32,519 nt of DNA from assembly GCA_003136615.1 (NCBI GenBank), contig PLFA01000153.1, positions 10,998-43,516 of the forward strand, read 5' to 3'. Position numbers and translations under genes: made by a program. Every line of letters starts with the position of its first letter. Positions within the stretch are counted from its first letter, which is position 1. Positions 8,600 to 17,600 of the stretch are shown one piece after another. Source of the DNA: Caulobacteraceae bacterium (GTDB lineage: Bacteria; Pseudomonadota; Alphaproteobacteria; Caulobacterales; Caulobacteraceae). The notes under the pieces are model-generated. The model did not search any database. It was given only the letters and a program-made list of their open reading frames with translations, and was not told the origin of the DNA.

Positions 8600-8700
8600 A
8601 GCGTGTTCCGATAAGTCGGAACCGGTTATCGGACTAAACACGCGTAAAAACAAAGACCTAGAGCGCCGATGTGGTTCTATCAAATCGCAACAGGCTCTAG
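8596..8700. repeat. CIR / BRU-RS-type alphaproteobacterial miniature inverted-repeat element (105 bp)
   Basis: Termini CTAGAGC...GCTCTAG, an internal CTAGAGCG at 8658-8665, nested stems TCCGATAA/TTATCGGA and GCGTGTT/AACACGC, central AAAAACAAAGA. Confidence 0.8.
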
Positions 8701-8710
8701 AGCTGACCCA

Positions 8711-8749
8711 TTGAGGAAATCTGCAGTCTGGGATTACAAAAACTCGTTT
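8711..8749 (+). promoter_or_regulatory. Putative LysR binding region, copy 2
   Basis: Ungapped alignment to the 4584 and 10985 copies, upstream of the monooxygenase. Confidence 0.55.
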
Positions 8750-8811
8750 AGTCTCAATGTCTAATTCACATAGCGTGCGGATCGTCCCTTTAAGGTGAAG
8801 GATACCCCGCG

Positions 8812-9906
8812 ATGTCCGTTGAATTCATTGGCTATATCGGCAGCCACGACGCGTCGGAGACCCGCCCGCCCCAGGGCGCGCCTCTGGATATCGCGCATGT
8901 GGAGGCCGTGGCCCGCGCCCATGAAGCGGGCGGGTTCGACCGCGCGCTCGTCGCCTTCCACTCCACGTCCCCCGAAAGCATCCTGATCGCCGGCCATGCG
9001 GCCAGCGTGACCCGGAAGCTCGGCTTCATGATCGCCCACCGCCCCGGCTTCACGGCCCCGACCCTGGCGGCGCGGCAACTCGCGACCCTGGATCATTTCA
9101 GCGGCGGCCGCATCGCGGTCCATATCATCACCGGCGGCTCGGACGCGGAACTGGCCAAGGATGGCGATCATCTGACCAAGGATGAGCGTTACGCCCGCAC
9201 CAGCGAATATCTGGACATCGTCCGCCAGGAATGGACAAGTGAGCAGCCCTTTGATTACGAAGGCAAATACTACAGCGTGAAGGGCGCTTTTGGGGCCATC
9301 AAGCCGGTGCAAAAGCCCCACATTCCGATCTATTTCGGCGGCTCATCCGACGCGGCCATCCCGGTGGCCGGCAAGCACGCGGATATCTATGCGCTGTGGG
9401 GCGAGACCCAGGCCCAGGTGCGAGAGCATGTGGCCAGGGTGCGCGCCGCCGCGGCCAAGCATGGCCGGCAAATTCGCTTCAGCCTCTCGCTGCGTCCCGT
9501 TCTCGCGGAGACCGAGGAGGCGGCCTGGAAACGCGCGGATGAGATCGTCGAAACAACCAAGGCGCTGCGCCAGAAGGCGGGTTTGAGCCTTGTGGATCAT
9601 GCGCCGCCCAATGCCGGCTCGCAGCGCCTTCTGGCCGCCGCGGCCCAAGGCACGCGCCTCGATAAGCGGCTGTGGACCGGCGTGGCGGCCGTGACCGGGG
9701 CCGCGGGCAATTCCACGGGCCTGGTGGGCACGCCTGACCAGGTCGCGGAGGCCATCCTCGACTACTACGACCTGGGCGTCACCACCTTCCTGATCCGGGG
9801 CTTTGACCCCTTGAACGACGCCATTGGCTATGGTCGTGACCTGATCCCGCGCGTCCGCGAACTGGTGGCCGCCCGCGACGCCACGGGTCTGGCCAAAGCG
9901 AGCTAA
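8812..9906 (+). CDS. LLM-class (luciferase-like) flavin-dependent monooxygenase, SsuD-related
   Basis: ARAHEAGGFDRAL, FMIAHRPGF, ATLDHFSGGR, YFGGSS, WGE, LVGTPDQVAEA, FLIRGF. Confidence 0.92.
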   Translation: MSVEFIGYIGSHDASETRPPQGAPLDIAHVEAVARAHEAGGFDRALVAFHSTSPESILIAGHAASVTRKLGFMIAHRPGFTAPTLAARQLATLDHFSGGRIAVHIITGGSDAELAKDGDHLTKDERYARTSEYLDIVRQEWTSEQPFDYEGKYYSVKGAFGAIKPVQKPHIPIYFGGSSDAAIPVAGKHADIYALWGETQAQVREHVARVRAAAAKHGRQIRFSLSLRPVLAETEEAAWKRADEIVETTKALRQKAGLSLVDHAPPNAGSQRLLAAAAQGTRLDKRLWTGVAAVTGAAGNSTGLVGTPDQVAEAILDYYDLGVTTFLIRGFDPLNDAIGYGRDLIPRVRELVAARDATGLAKAS

Positions 9907-9941
9907 GCAGGCCTGGCTGGCCTTCGCCGGGCGCGGGATGC

Positions 9942-10955
9942 GTGACTGATATGACTTTATCCCCGCGCCTATCCCCGCGCGCCGCACGTGGCGTGAGCGC
10001 CGCCCTGACCCTCGTGTTTGTGGCGGCTCTGGCGGTCGTGGCGAGCTGCGGCCCCAAAGGCCCGGCGCGATCATTGCCGCCGCCCACCTTGAAGGTGGCG
10101 AGCCAGAAGGGCGGAACCAAGGCGCTTATCCTCGCCTCACACGCGCTGGATGGCGCGCCCTATCAGGTGGAGTGGAGCGAGTTTCCCTCGGCCCAGGCCC
10201 TTCTGGAGGCGCTGGGCGCCAATGCGGTCGATCTGGGCGGCGTGGGCGACGCGCCATTCCTCTTCGCCTACGCCAATGATCCCAAGCTGAAGGTCGTCCA
10301 GACCGGGCGAAGCCAGTCGGGCGGCAAGTCCGTGGGCGTCGTCGTGCCCAACAACTCCCCCATTCGAAGGGCGGCCGACCTGCGCGGGAAGCGCATCGCC
10401 ACCGGCAAGGGCTCCATCGGCCATTATCTGCTGCTGCGTGTGCTGGATCAGGCCCACATTCCGGTCTCGGCGGTGAAGGTTGTGTATCTGTCGCCCGGCG
10501 ACGCCAAGGCGGCCCTGGCCAATGGGGCGGTGGACGCCTGGTCCACATGGTCGCCCTATACGAATCTGGAAACCCGCGACGGGGCGGGCCGGGTCGTAGC
10601 GGATGGAACCGGGCTCTTGAACAGTTATCTTTTCATGGCGTCCACCGATCAGGCCATAGCCGCCAAGCGTCCGGAACTGGCCGACTTTCTCCAGCGCCTG
10701 AGCAAGGCCCAGCAGTGGGAGGCGGCCCATGTGTCGGAGTTCGCCAAGGTCTTGGCCGCGGAAACAGGATTGCCGCCCGACGTCGCCCTGGCTGTCGCGC
10801 GCCTTCATAACTATCAGGATACGCCCATCACGCCCGCCCTGGCGGCGGAGGAGCAGGCGACGCTTCAGCGCTATGTGGACGCCGGCGCCCTGGCCAAGGC
10901 GCCCGCCACCGCCGGGGCCTTTGATCCGGAGTTCAATCCCCCGTCGCACCCCTGA
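9942..10955 (+). CDS. SsuA-like ABC substrate-binding lipoprotein
   Basis: Lipobox VVAS-C, VEWSEFPSA..LLEAL, GDAPFLFA, DLRGKRIATGKGSIGHY, DAWSTWSPY. Start may be ATG 9951. Confidence 0.9.
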   Translation: MTDMTLSPRLSPRAARGVSAALTLVFVAALAVVASCGPKGPARSLPPPTLKVASQKGGTKALILASHALDGAPYQVEWSEFPSAQALLEALGANAVDLGGVGDAPFLFAYANDPKLKVVQTGRSQSGGKSVGVVVPNNSPIRRAADLRGKRIATGKGSIGHYLLLRVLDQAHIPVSAVKVVYLSPGDAKAALANGAVDAWSTWSPYTNLETRDGAGRVVADGTGLLNSYLFMASTDQAIAAKRPELADFLQRLSKAQQWEAAHVSEFAKVLAAETGLPPDVALAVARLHNYQDTPITPALAAEEQATLQRYVDAGALAKAPATAGAFDPEFNPPSHP

Positions 10956-10984
10956 GCCGGCCTTTAACGCTTGGCAGGCCATGC

Positions 10985-11023
10985 ATTGGCGCGGCTGAAG
11001 CTTCTTATGAAACAAGCTCGTTT
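10985..11023 (+). promoter_or_regulatory. Putative LysR binding region, copy 3, followed by TTGATC
   Basis: Ungapped alignment to the 4584 and 8711 copies, upstream of the peroxiredoxin-like gene. Confidence 0.55.
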
Positions 11024-11081
11024 GATCGCGCGGCGGGAGGGGGCTGAACTGGACATTACAGCCCCGCAGGAGGATTAGCCC

Positions 11082-11756
11082 ATGGTCGCCGATACGCTTC
11101 GCCAACGCCTCGCGGACCTCCACGCGGAGCGCGTGCGCACCTGGGATCCCGCTGTGCTGCAGGTCAATATCGACCAGCGGCGCCAGCTCGTGGAAACCGC
11201 TCACCAGGACGGCTTCATCAGGGTTGGGGACCGGGTCGCGTCCTTCGTGGTTGAGGAGGTGGATGGCGATGATCTCAGCCTGGAGGGCTTGCTGCGCGAA
11301 GGTCCTGTGGTTCTGGTCTTCTTCCGTTTCGCCGGTTGTCCGGCCTGTAATATCGCGCTCCCCTATTACAACGAGGCTCTGGCGCCCGGCCTGAAGGCTC
11401 TGGGCGCAACTCTCGTGGCCCTCAGTCCTCAGGTCCCAGAGCGGCTGAAGGATATCAAGATCCGCCAGGGCCTGGACTTTGCCGTCGCCACGGACGCGAA
11501 CAACGCCCTGGCCAAGCGCTTTGGCATCGTCTTTGAGCCGGATGAGGCGTCCAAGGCCGCCGCCCGCGCCAAGGGCAATTTCATCGGCGATGTGACGGGA
11601 ACCGGAACCTGGGAACTGCCCATGCCGGCGGTCGTGGTGATCGACCAGGAGGGAATTGTGCGGTTCGCCGAGGTCAGTCCGGATTGGCTGGTGCGGGCGG
11701 AAGCTGGCCCGATCCTTGACGCGGTGCGCGCCGCCAGCCTCGCGGTCGCGGCCTAG
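11082..11756 (+). CDS. AhpC/TSA peroxiredoxin-like (thioredoxin fold) protein
   Basis: GPVVLVFFRFAGCPACNIAL (CxxC), LVALSPQ, WELPMPAVVVID. RBS AGGAGG. Confidence 0.9.
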   Translation: MVADTLRQRLADLHAERVRTWDPAVLQVNIDQRRQLVETAHQDGFIRVGDRVASFVVEEVDGDDLSLEGLLREGPVVLVFFRFAGCPACNIALPYYNEALAPGLKALGATLVALSPQVPERLKDIKIRQGLDFAVATDANNALAKRFGIVFEPDEASKAAARAKGNFIGDVTGTGTWELPMPAVVVIDQEGIVRFAEVSPDWLVRAEAGPILDAVRAASLAVAA

Positions 11757-11778
11757 ACGCCACATCCACAAGGCGCTT

Positions 11779-12738
11779 TTGGCCCGCGAAGCCCTTTTGG
11801 ATCGTCGGGCCATCAGCCTTGGGGGTGTAGCCGTCGCCCTCTCCGCCTGCGCGCCAAAGCCACGGCGCTTGGCGCGGCTGCGGATCGGCTATCAGAAAAG
11901 CGGGGTCTTACTCTCGGCCAAGTCCCGGGGCATGATCGGAAAAGCCCTACCCGTCACAAGGCTCGAATGGGCGCTCTTCCCCTCCGGGCCCCCGATGCTG
12001 GAGGCCATGGCCGCGGACGCGGTGGATTTCGGGGCCACGGGCGACACGCCACCCATCTTCGCCCAGGCGGCCGGCGCGCCCCTGGTTTATGCGGCCTCCC
12101 AGCCCCTGACGGGCCAGGGCGAAGCGGTGATCACGCCAGCCGGCTCGTCGCTCGCCTCGCCTAAGGACCTTAAGGGGCGGCGCGTCGCCGTGACCCGGGG
12201 CTCATCATCACACTTGCTGCTGATCCGCGCCTTGAACAGCGCCGGCCTCAAGCTTTCGGATATCACCGTGGTCTTCCTCTCCCCGGGTGACGCCGCGGGG
12301 GCTTTCGCGTCCGGCGGGATCGACGCCTGGGCGATTTGGGATCCCTTTCTGGCCCTGGCGATGCGGGACCAAAAGGCGCGAATCCTGATCAGCGGCGCCG
12401 CTCTGCCGGCGAGCGACGCCTTCTATCTGGCCAGCGCGAGCCTGGCCCGCGATGCGCCCGATGTTCTGCGCGAGTTCCTGGAGGCCCTGCGGGCGGAGTG
12501 CGTGTGGGGCAACACCCACCCCGCCGAGATGGTCCAGATCATCGCGGGCGCGAGCCGCCTGCCGCCCGACGTGGTCCTGACCAGTCTGCGGCGCGGGCCC
12601 CTGGCCGTGGAGCCAATGACCGCGCCCGCGATCGCCCGTCAGCAGGCGGCGGCCGATGTCTTCGCGGGTCTCCACATTATTCCGAAGTCCGTCGAGGTTG
12701 CTAAAGCGGTGTGGCGGGAGTGGCGGCCAAAGACCTGA
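11779..12738 (+). CDS. ssuA: Aliphatic sulfonate ABC substrate-binding lipoprotein (SsuA-like)
   Basis: DRRAISL...LSA-C signal, LRIGYQK, WALFPSGPPMLEAM, GDTPPIFAQAAG, GSSSH, DAWAIWDPF. Start is probably TTG 11779 or 11797. Confidence 0.88.
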   Translation: MAREALLDRRAISLGGVAVALSACAPKPRRLARLRIGYQKSGVLLSAKSRGMIGKALPVTRLEWALFPSGPPMLEAMAADAVDFGATGDTPPIFAQAAGAPLVYAASQPLTGQGEAVITPAGSSLASPKDLKGRRVAVTRGSSSHLLLIRALNSAGLKLSDITVVFLSPGDAAGAFASGGIDAWAIWDPFLALAMRDQKARILISGAALPASDAFYLASASLARDAPDVLREFLEALRAECVWGNTHPAEMVQIIAGASRLPPDVVLTSLRRGPLAVEPMTAPAIARQQAAADVFAGLHIIPKSVEVAKAVWREWRPKT

Positions 12739-12742
12739 GGAC

Positions 12743-14158
12743 CTACCTCCAGCCGCCCCCTAGCGCCTTGAACACCGAGACCTGGTCGTTCGCCAGGGCC
12801 GCGTCGGAGGCGGCGGCGGCGGCGTTCGTGGCGAGGAGCGTCTGTTCGGTGGTGAGGAGGTCGAGGGTCGGGAGGGCGCCGGCGCGATAGTCGCCCTGGG
12901 CGATATCAAAGGCGGCCTGGGCGCGGGCTTGCGCGTCAGCGAGGGCCTGGCGGCGGTCGAGCTCGGCGCCATAGATGGCCAGGGCCTGGGAGGTTTCCTT
13001 GAGGGCGCGGAGCACCGTCCCGTCGAAGTCCGCGAGGGCCGCGGCCTGACCGGCGCGGGCCTGGGCGATCCGGGCGCGGGGTCCGGTCTGGTTCGGGAAT
13101 GCCCAAGCGATCTGGGGACCGACGCCCCACGCAAGACCCGGCTCCTTAATGAGGTTGGAGGTGGTGGTGGCGACCCCGCCATAAAAGCTGGTCAAGGTGA
13201 TGCGTGGATAGAGATCGGCCGTGGCGACCCCGATGCGGGCCGTGGCGGCGGCGAGACGCCTATCAGCTTCGCGGATATCGGGGCGACGCTTGAGCAAACC
13301 CGCGCCATCGCCCACGGGGATGAGCGCCGCTGGGCGGGGCGCGGCCTCGCAGGCGAGGGCTTCCACAGGGGCGTTCGCGGGCGCGCGGCCGAGCAGGTCG
13401 CCAAGCTGATAGAGAGCGGCGCGGCGCTGGCCCTCCAGGGGCGGGATGGCGGCTCTGGCCTGGGCGACGAGGCCCTGGGCGCGCACCACGTCGAACCGGC
13501 TGCCCGCCCCCGCCTCGTAACGGCGCGCGGTGATGTCGGCGGCGTGGCTGACCACATCCAGGGAATGGCGGGCCACGGATAGCTGTTCGCCGCTCGCGCA
13601 GATCTGGAGATAGGCCCGGGTCGTCTCCGCCGCGACGGTGACGCGCACCGCGTCGCGGGCGGCCACGGCGGCCTCGGCGTCCGCGCGACTGGCGGCGATG
13701 GCCCGACGCACCCGGCCAAAGAGGTCCAACTCATAGGAGACATCGAAGACGTCGTCATAGATCCAGGTGGTCTCTGGCTTCGCGCCAAGGATCTCAAGGA
13801 TCTCGTCGGTGTTGGGATCGCGGCCATCGACGGCGCCGGCTTTTGGCGTTGTTGTCGGAAGGGCGCCCGCGCGGGAGACCTCCAGCAGAGCCCGAGCCGA
13901 GGCCAGGTGGGCCTGGGCGCCCTGCAGATCATCATTGGCGGTGAAGGCCTGCGCGATATAGCCGTCCAGGCGCGGGTCGTTGAAGAGCCTCCACCAGGCG
14001 TCGGGCGGCGCGGCGGCGCTCTCCGCCGCGGGGTTCAGCGAGGCCAGGGGCGCCGCCGCCCCGCTCGGGGGTGGCGGGGTGTGATAGGCGGGGCCGACCG
14101 TGCAGGCGGTCAGGAGGGCGCCGGCGGCGAGCGCCAAGAGGCGGCAGGTCCTGCTCAC
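12743..14158 (-). CDS. NodT/TolC-family outer-membrane efflux lipoprotein
   Basis: LLTA-CTVGP, WWRLFNDPRL, SYELDLFGRVRR, LLKRRPDIREA, VFKALGGGW. GTG overlaps the MFS stop. Confidence 0.93.
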   Translation of the reverse strand: MSRTCRLLALAAGALLTACTVGPAYHTPPPPSGAAAPLASLNPAAESAAAPPDAWWRLFNDPRLDGYIAQAFTANDDLQGAQAHLASARALLEVSRAGALPTTTPKAGAVDGRDPNTDEILEILGAKPETTWIYDDVFDVSYELDLFGRVRRAIAASRADAEAAVAARDAVRVTVAAETTRAYLQICASGEQLSVARHSLDVVSHAADITARRYEAGAGSRFDVVRAQGLVAQARAAIPPLEGQRRAALYQLGDLLGRAPANAPVEALACEAAPRPAALIPVGDGAGLLKRRPDIREADRRLAAATARIGVATADLYPRITLTSFYGGVATTTSNLIKEPGLAWGVGPQIAWAFPNQTGPRARIAQARAGQAAALADFDGTVLRALKETSQALAIYGAELDRRQALADAQARAQAAFDIAQGDYRAGALPTLDLLTTEQTLLATNAAAAASDAALANDQVSVFKALGGGWR

Positions 14159-15738
14159 GCCGGAGCCTTTCGGCCGCCAAACAGGGGCCTGGCGGAGGCG
14201 GGGCCCAGCGGCGCGGGCTTGTGCGTGACAACAATGAGGAGGGCCAGGGCCGTGAGACCGCCGATGACCACAAAGGCGTCGATAACCCCTTGAAGGGCGG
14301 CGGCGGCGCGAACCGTTCCGATCAAAATACCGACGGCGCGTCTGAGACTTCCCGCGGGATCCGGGCCGCGGGCGGGGCCGGCGGCCAGGGCGGCGAGGCG
14401 CTGGGTGACGCCGCCATCGCCGATGCGCAGGTGTTGGCCGATCTGGGCCGATGCTGTCTGGGTGCGCACCCGCACCAGGGTGGCGACGAAAGCCGTGCCG
14501 ATCTCACCGCCCATGAGCCGCGCCGTCTGGACCGCCGCGCCGAATGTCAGGGCGTCCTCGGGGCGCAGATGCAGGACGGCGAAGAAGAGGATGCCGGAGA
14601 GGGCGAAGCTCTGGCCGATGGCCTGCAAGAGTTGGGAGGGCAGGAACTGATCGCTGGTCCACAAACCCGTGAGGCCATGGGCGACCATCAGGCAGGCGAT
14701 GCTGACGAAGATGAAGCCGATGGAGGAGACCAGGCGCGGATCGCTCCGCCTCAGCATCAGGGCGGCCAAAGGGCAGAAGATGAGCTGGGGCGCGGCGATC
14801 CAGACCAGGGTCTGGCCCACCTGCAGAGCGCGAAAGCCGCGCACGGCCCCTAGGAACTGCGGGATCAAATAGGCGGTGGAAAGGATGGTGAGACGCAGGA
14901 AGGCGATGAGCACCAGAAGGCGCGGCAGGGGCGGGCTGAACAGCACTTTGAGGTTGACGAACGGGTGGGCGGCGCGCCGCTCATGGATCAGGAACGCCGC
15001 CAGGAGAATGACGCCGGCGCCGAGAAGGCCGCAGACGAGGCCGGAGTTCAGCCAATCGAGCCGATTGCCCTGATCGAGAGCCGCATAGATGAGGGCAAGG
15101 CCCAGGCCGCACGTCGCCAGACCGAATAGGTCCGCCGGCGGGGGCTTTGGGTGGGCTTGGTCCTGGGGCGCGCCAAAATGCAGGCAGAGCGCCATGCCGA
15201 GCGCCAGGGGCACGTTTTGCCAGAAGATCCAGACCCAGGAGAAATTATCCACATACCAGCCCTCCAGCGATGCGGAGATGTTCAAGGAGAGCTCCAGGTT
15301 GAGGGCGTAGAGGGCGACGCCGAAGGTCCAGAACCGGGGCGGCAGGTTTCGCAGGAGGTAGCCGAGGGTCAGGGGGACGAAGCAGCCTGACGCCAGGCCG
15401 CCGACAAATTGCAGGGCCAGCAGCATGGGCAGGCCTGTGGATAAGGGGATGAGCGCCGAAATCACCGCGAAGACGGCGGCGGCGTCCATGAGCACCCGGC
15501 GGGGGCCGTAGATGCCGCCGACCCAGATCGCCACGGGGGCGATGAGCATCTGGGCCATGGTCTGGGCCGTGGTGATCCAGGCGCCGTCGTCGAAGCCGGC
15601 GTGAACGGCGCCGCGAATGTCGGCGAGGCCAAATGTGGAAAGACGCCCGTTCAGGGTCGAGATGAAGGTTCCGAGAAGGACGCCGGCAAGACCGAGCCAG
15701 GGGATCGGCGGGTCCGGCGCCGCCGCCTGTTCGCTCAT
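14155..15738 (-). CDS. DHA2/EmrB-like MFS efflux permease
   Basis: LADIRGA..AGFDDGAWITTA, WVWIFWQNVP, LDQGNRLDWLNS. ATG 15738 preceded by AGGTGAGG. Confidence 0.9.
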   Translation of the reverse strand: MSEQAAAPDPPIPWLGLAGVLLGTFISTLNGRLSTFGLADIRGAVHAGFDDGAWITTAQTMAQMLIAPVAIWVGGIYGPRRVLMDAAAVFAVISALIPLSTGLPMLLALQFVGGLASGCFVPLTLGYLLRNLPPRFWTFGVALYALNLELSLNISASLEGWYVDNFSWVWIFWQNVPLALGMALCLHFGAPQDQAHPKPPPADLFGLATCGLGLALIYAALDQGNRLDWLNSGLVCGLLGAGVILLAAFLIHERRAAHPFVNLKVLFSPPLPRLLVLIAFLRLTILSTAYLIPQFLGAVRGFRALQVGQTLVWIAAPQLIFCPLAALMLRRSDPRLVSSIGFIFVSIACLMVAHGLTGLWTSDQFLPSQLLQAIGQSFALSGILFFAVLHLRPEDALTFGAAVQTARLMGGEIGTAFVATLVRVRTQTASAQIGQHLRIGDGGVTQRLAALAAGPARGPDPAGSLRRAVGILIGTVRAAAALQGVIDAFVVIGGLTALALLIVVTHKPAPLGPASARPLFGGRKAPA

Positions 15739-15748
15739 CGCGCGCGCC

Positions 15749-16861
15749 TCACCTGGGAAGGTCCGCCCGGGCGTCCACCTTGGCCTCAACAGAAAGGCCA
15801 GGGCGCAGGCGGTCCGCGAGACCGGCCGCATCGTCGATGGCGATCTTCGCCGCCACACGCTGCACGACCTTGGTGAAATTGCCCGTGGCGTTATCGGGGG
15901 GCAGAAGGGCGAACTGCGAACCGGCGCCCGGCGCGAAGGCTATGACGTGGCCGCGCATCACCCGGCCTGGATAGGCGTCGATGCGGATCTCCGCCTTTTG
16001 GCCCACGGCCATATGAGTGAGCTGGGTCTCCCGATAATTGGCGATAACCCAGACATGTGGCAGGGGCGTCAGGCTCGTAATCTGGGTCCCCACGCCGACA
16101 TATTGGCCTGGCTTCACCTGACGCTGGGCGATCACGCCGTCTTCCGGTGCGACGATGCGGGTATAGCCGAGGTTGATCTGGGCGAGATTCAGGGCTGCGC
16201 GCTGGGCGCCCAGGGCGGCCCCGGCCTGGGCGGCCTGGGAGGCCAGGACCCCCAGTTGCAGGCGGGCCGCCTGAGCCTGGGCGCGGGTCTGGGCGAACTG
16301 GGCGGTGAGTTGAGCATGGGTGGCGCCCAGCTTCTCCCCCGCCTCGGCGGTGGAGGAGCCGGTCTCCAGGAGCTTCGCCTGACGGGCCATGTCCCGACCG
16401 TTCTGATCGAGGGCCGCCTTCGCCGCATCGGCCGCGGCCTCCGCCGCGCTGATCGTGGCCCCCTGAAGTTTCGCCTGGGCGGCCAGGGTCGCGCCCTGAG
16501 CCTCGGCGGCAGCGACATTGGCCTCGGCTCCCGCTACGGCGGCGCGATAATCGCCGTCGAAAATCTGGGCGATGGTCTGGCCGGCATGCACGACCTGATC
16601 ATCCTGGACCGGCATGGCGATCACATAGCCCGGAACCTTGGCGGCCAGGGGCGTCAGGTCAGCCTGCAAAAACGCGTCGTCGGTGGTCTGCCACCCCGCC
16701 CGCCCCTGCCAGCGGTTCCAACGGGTGGTGACGATGATCAGGATCGTCAGGGCGACAATAAAGACGAGGCTACGCCACAGAACCTCGGGGGCCGTGCGCC
16801 AGTCTATGCGGAACCGCCCAAGACCTGGACGCGATGACGGCATGGATCGCCCCCTGTTCAC
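15749..16861 (-). CDS. HlyD/EmrA-family membrane fusion protein
   Basis: TTDDAF, YTRIVAPEDG, WVIANYRETQL, FALLPPDNATGNFTKVVQR. Start 16861 or 16843. Confidence 0.93.
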   Translation of the reverse strand: MNRGRSMPSSRPGLGRFRIDWRTAPEVLWRSLVFIVALTILIIVTTRWNRWQGRAGWQTTDDAFLQADLTPLAAKVPGYVIAMPVQDDQVVHAGQTIAQIFDGDYRAAVAGAEANVAAAEAQGATLAAQAKLQGATISAAEAAADAAKAALDQNGRDMARQAKLLETGSSTAEAGEKLGATHAQLTAQFAQTRAQAQAARLQLGVLASQAAQAGAALGAQRAALNLAQINLGYTRIVAPEDGVIAQRQVKPGQYVGVGTQITSLTPLPHVWVIANYRETQLTHMAVGQKAEIRIDAYPGRVMRGHVIAFAPGAGSQFALLPPDNATGNFTKVVQRVAAKIAIDDAAGLADRLRPGLSVEAKVDARADLPR

Positions 16862-16901
16862 TCCGCCGTTTCAGCGCCATCGCACGGAAGATCGGGCGAC
16901 G

Positions 16902-17525
16902 CTAGGAAGATACGGAAGATACGGGGCCACCGAGCCATGTTGGAACAAGCATGGGCACGCGGGCGGCATAGGCCGCATAGGCCCCGGCGCCGAGCTGTTC
17001 GCGAAGAAAACGCTCCTCGATCCTCGCGATCATGGCAAGGCCGAAGGTCGCACTGACAAAGCCGAGCGCAGCAACGACCGTGGCGTTGAGGCCCGCGGAC
17101 ATCAGAGCCGAAAACAGGATGCCGGAATAGATCGGATGCCGCACGATCCCATAGGGGCCCGTGTCAACGATGTAATGGCCTTCCTTCAAGGTGGTCAACC
17201 CCGACCAAAGCTTGCCCAGATGCAACCGCGCCCACCAGCAGAAGGCGAAGCCCGCGAGCACGAGACCAAAGAAGACCCAGTTCAGAAGATCGGGCGCGGT
17301 CCATAGCGGCCTCGCCAAGGCTGTCGCCGGCGCACCGCCGGGGATCTTCAGCCAATAGGAACTGGGGACCAGGACCAGGATGAAACCGATCCCGAAAAGG
17401 AGCCGCCCAGGGCTGAAGGCGTCGCGGCCATTCTGCACCTTGGTGCGCGCCGAAAAGATGACCGCGGCGATCCAGGTCACATACCAGATCCACCAGGCGT
17501 CGTAATTGATCTGCTGAATGGTCAA
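16902..17525 (-). CDS. Isoprenylcysteine carboxyl methyltransferase (ICMT/PEMT)-family membrane protein
   Basis: WARLHLGKLWS, IVDTGPYGIVRHPIYSG, EERFL, YAARVPMLVP. Likely start TTG 17525 (ORF track 17567). Confidence 0.88.
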   Translation of the reverse strand: MTIQQINYDAWWIWYVTWIAAVIFSARTKVQNGRDAFSPGRLLFGIGFILVLVPSSYWLKIPGGAPATALARPLWTAPDLLNWVFFGLVLAGFAFCWWARLHLGKLWSGLTTLKEGHYIVDTGPYGIVRHPIYSGILFSALMSAGLNATVVAALGFVSATFGLAMIARIEERFLREQLGAGAYAAYAARVPMLVPTWLGGPVSSVSS

Positions 17526-17600
17526 CGGCCGCCCCCCGCCTCTATCGAAGTATAGCCTCCCGCACATTCCGCGTCGCTGTCACCTCACAATTTTACGACC

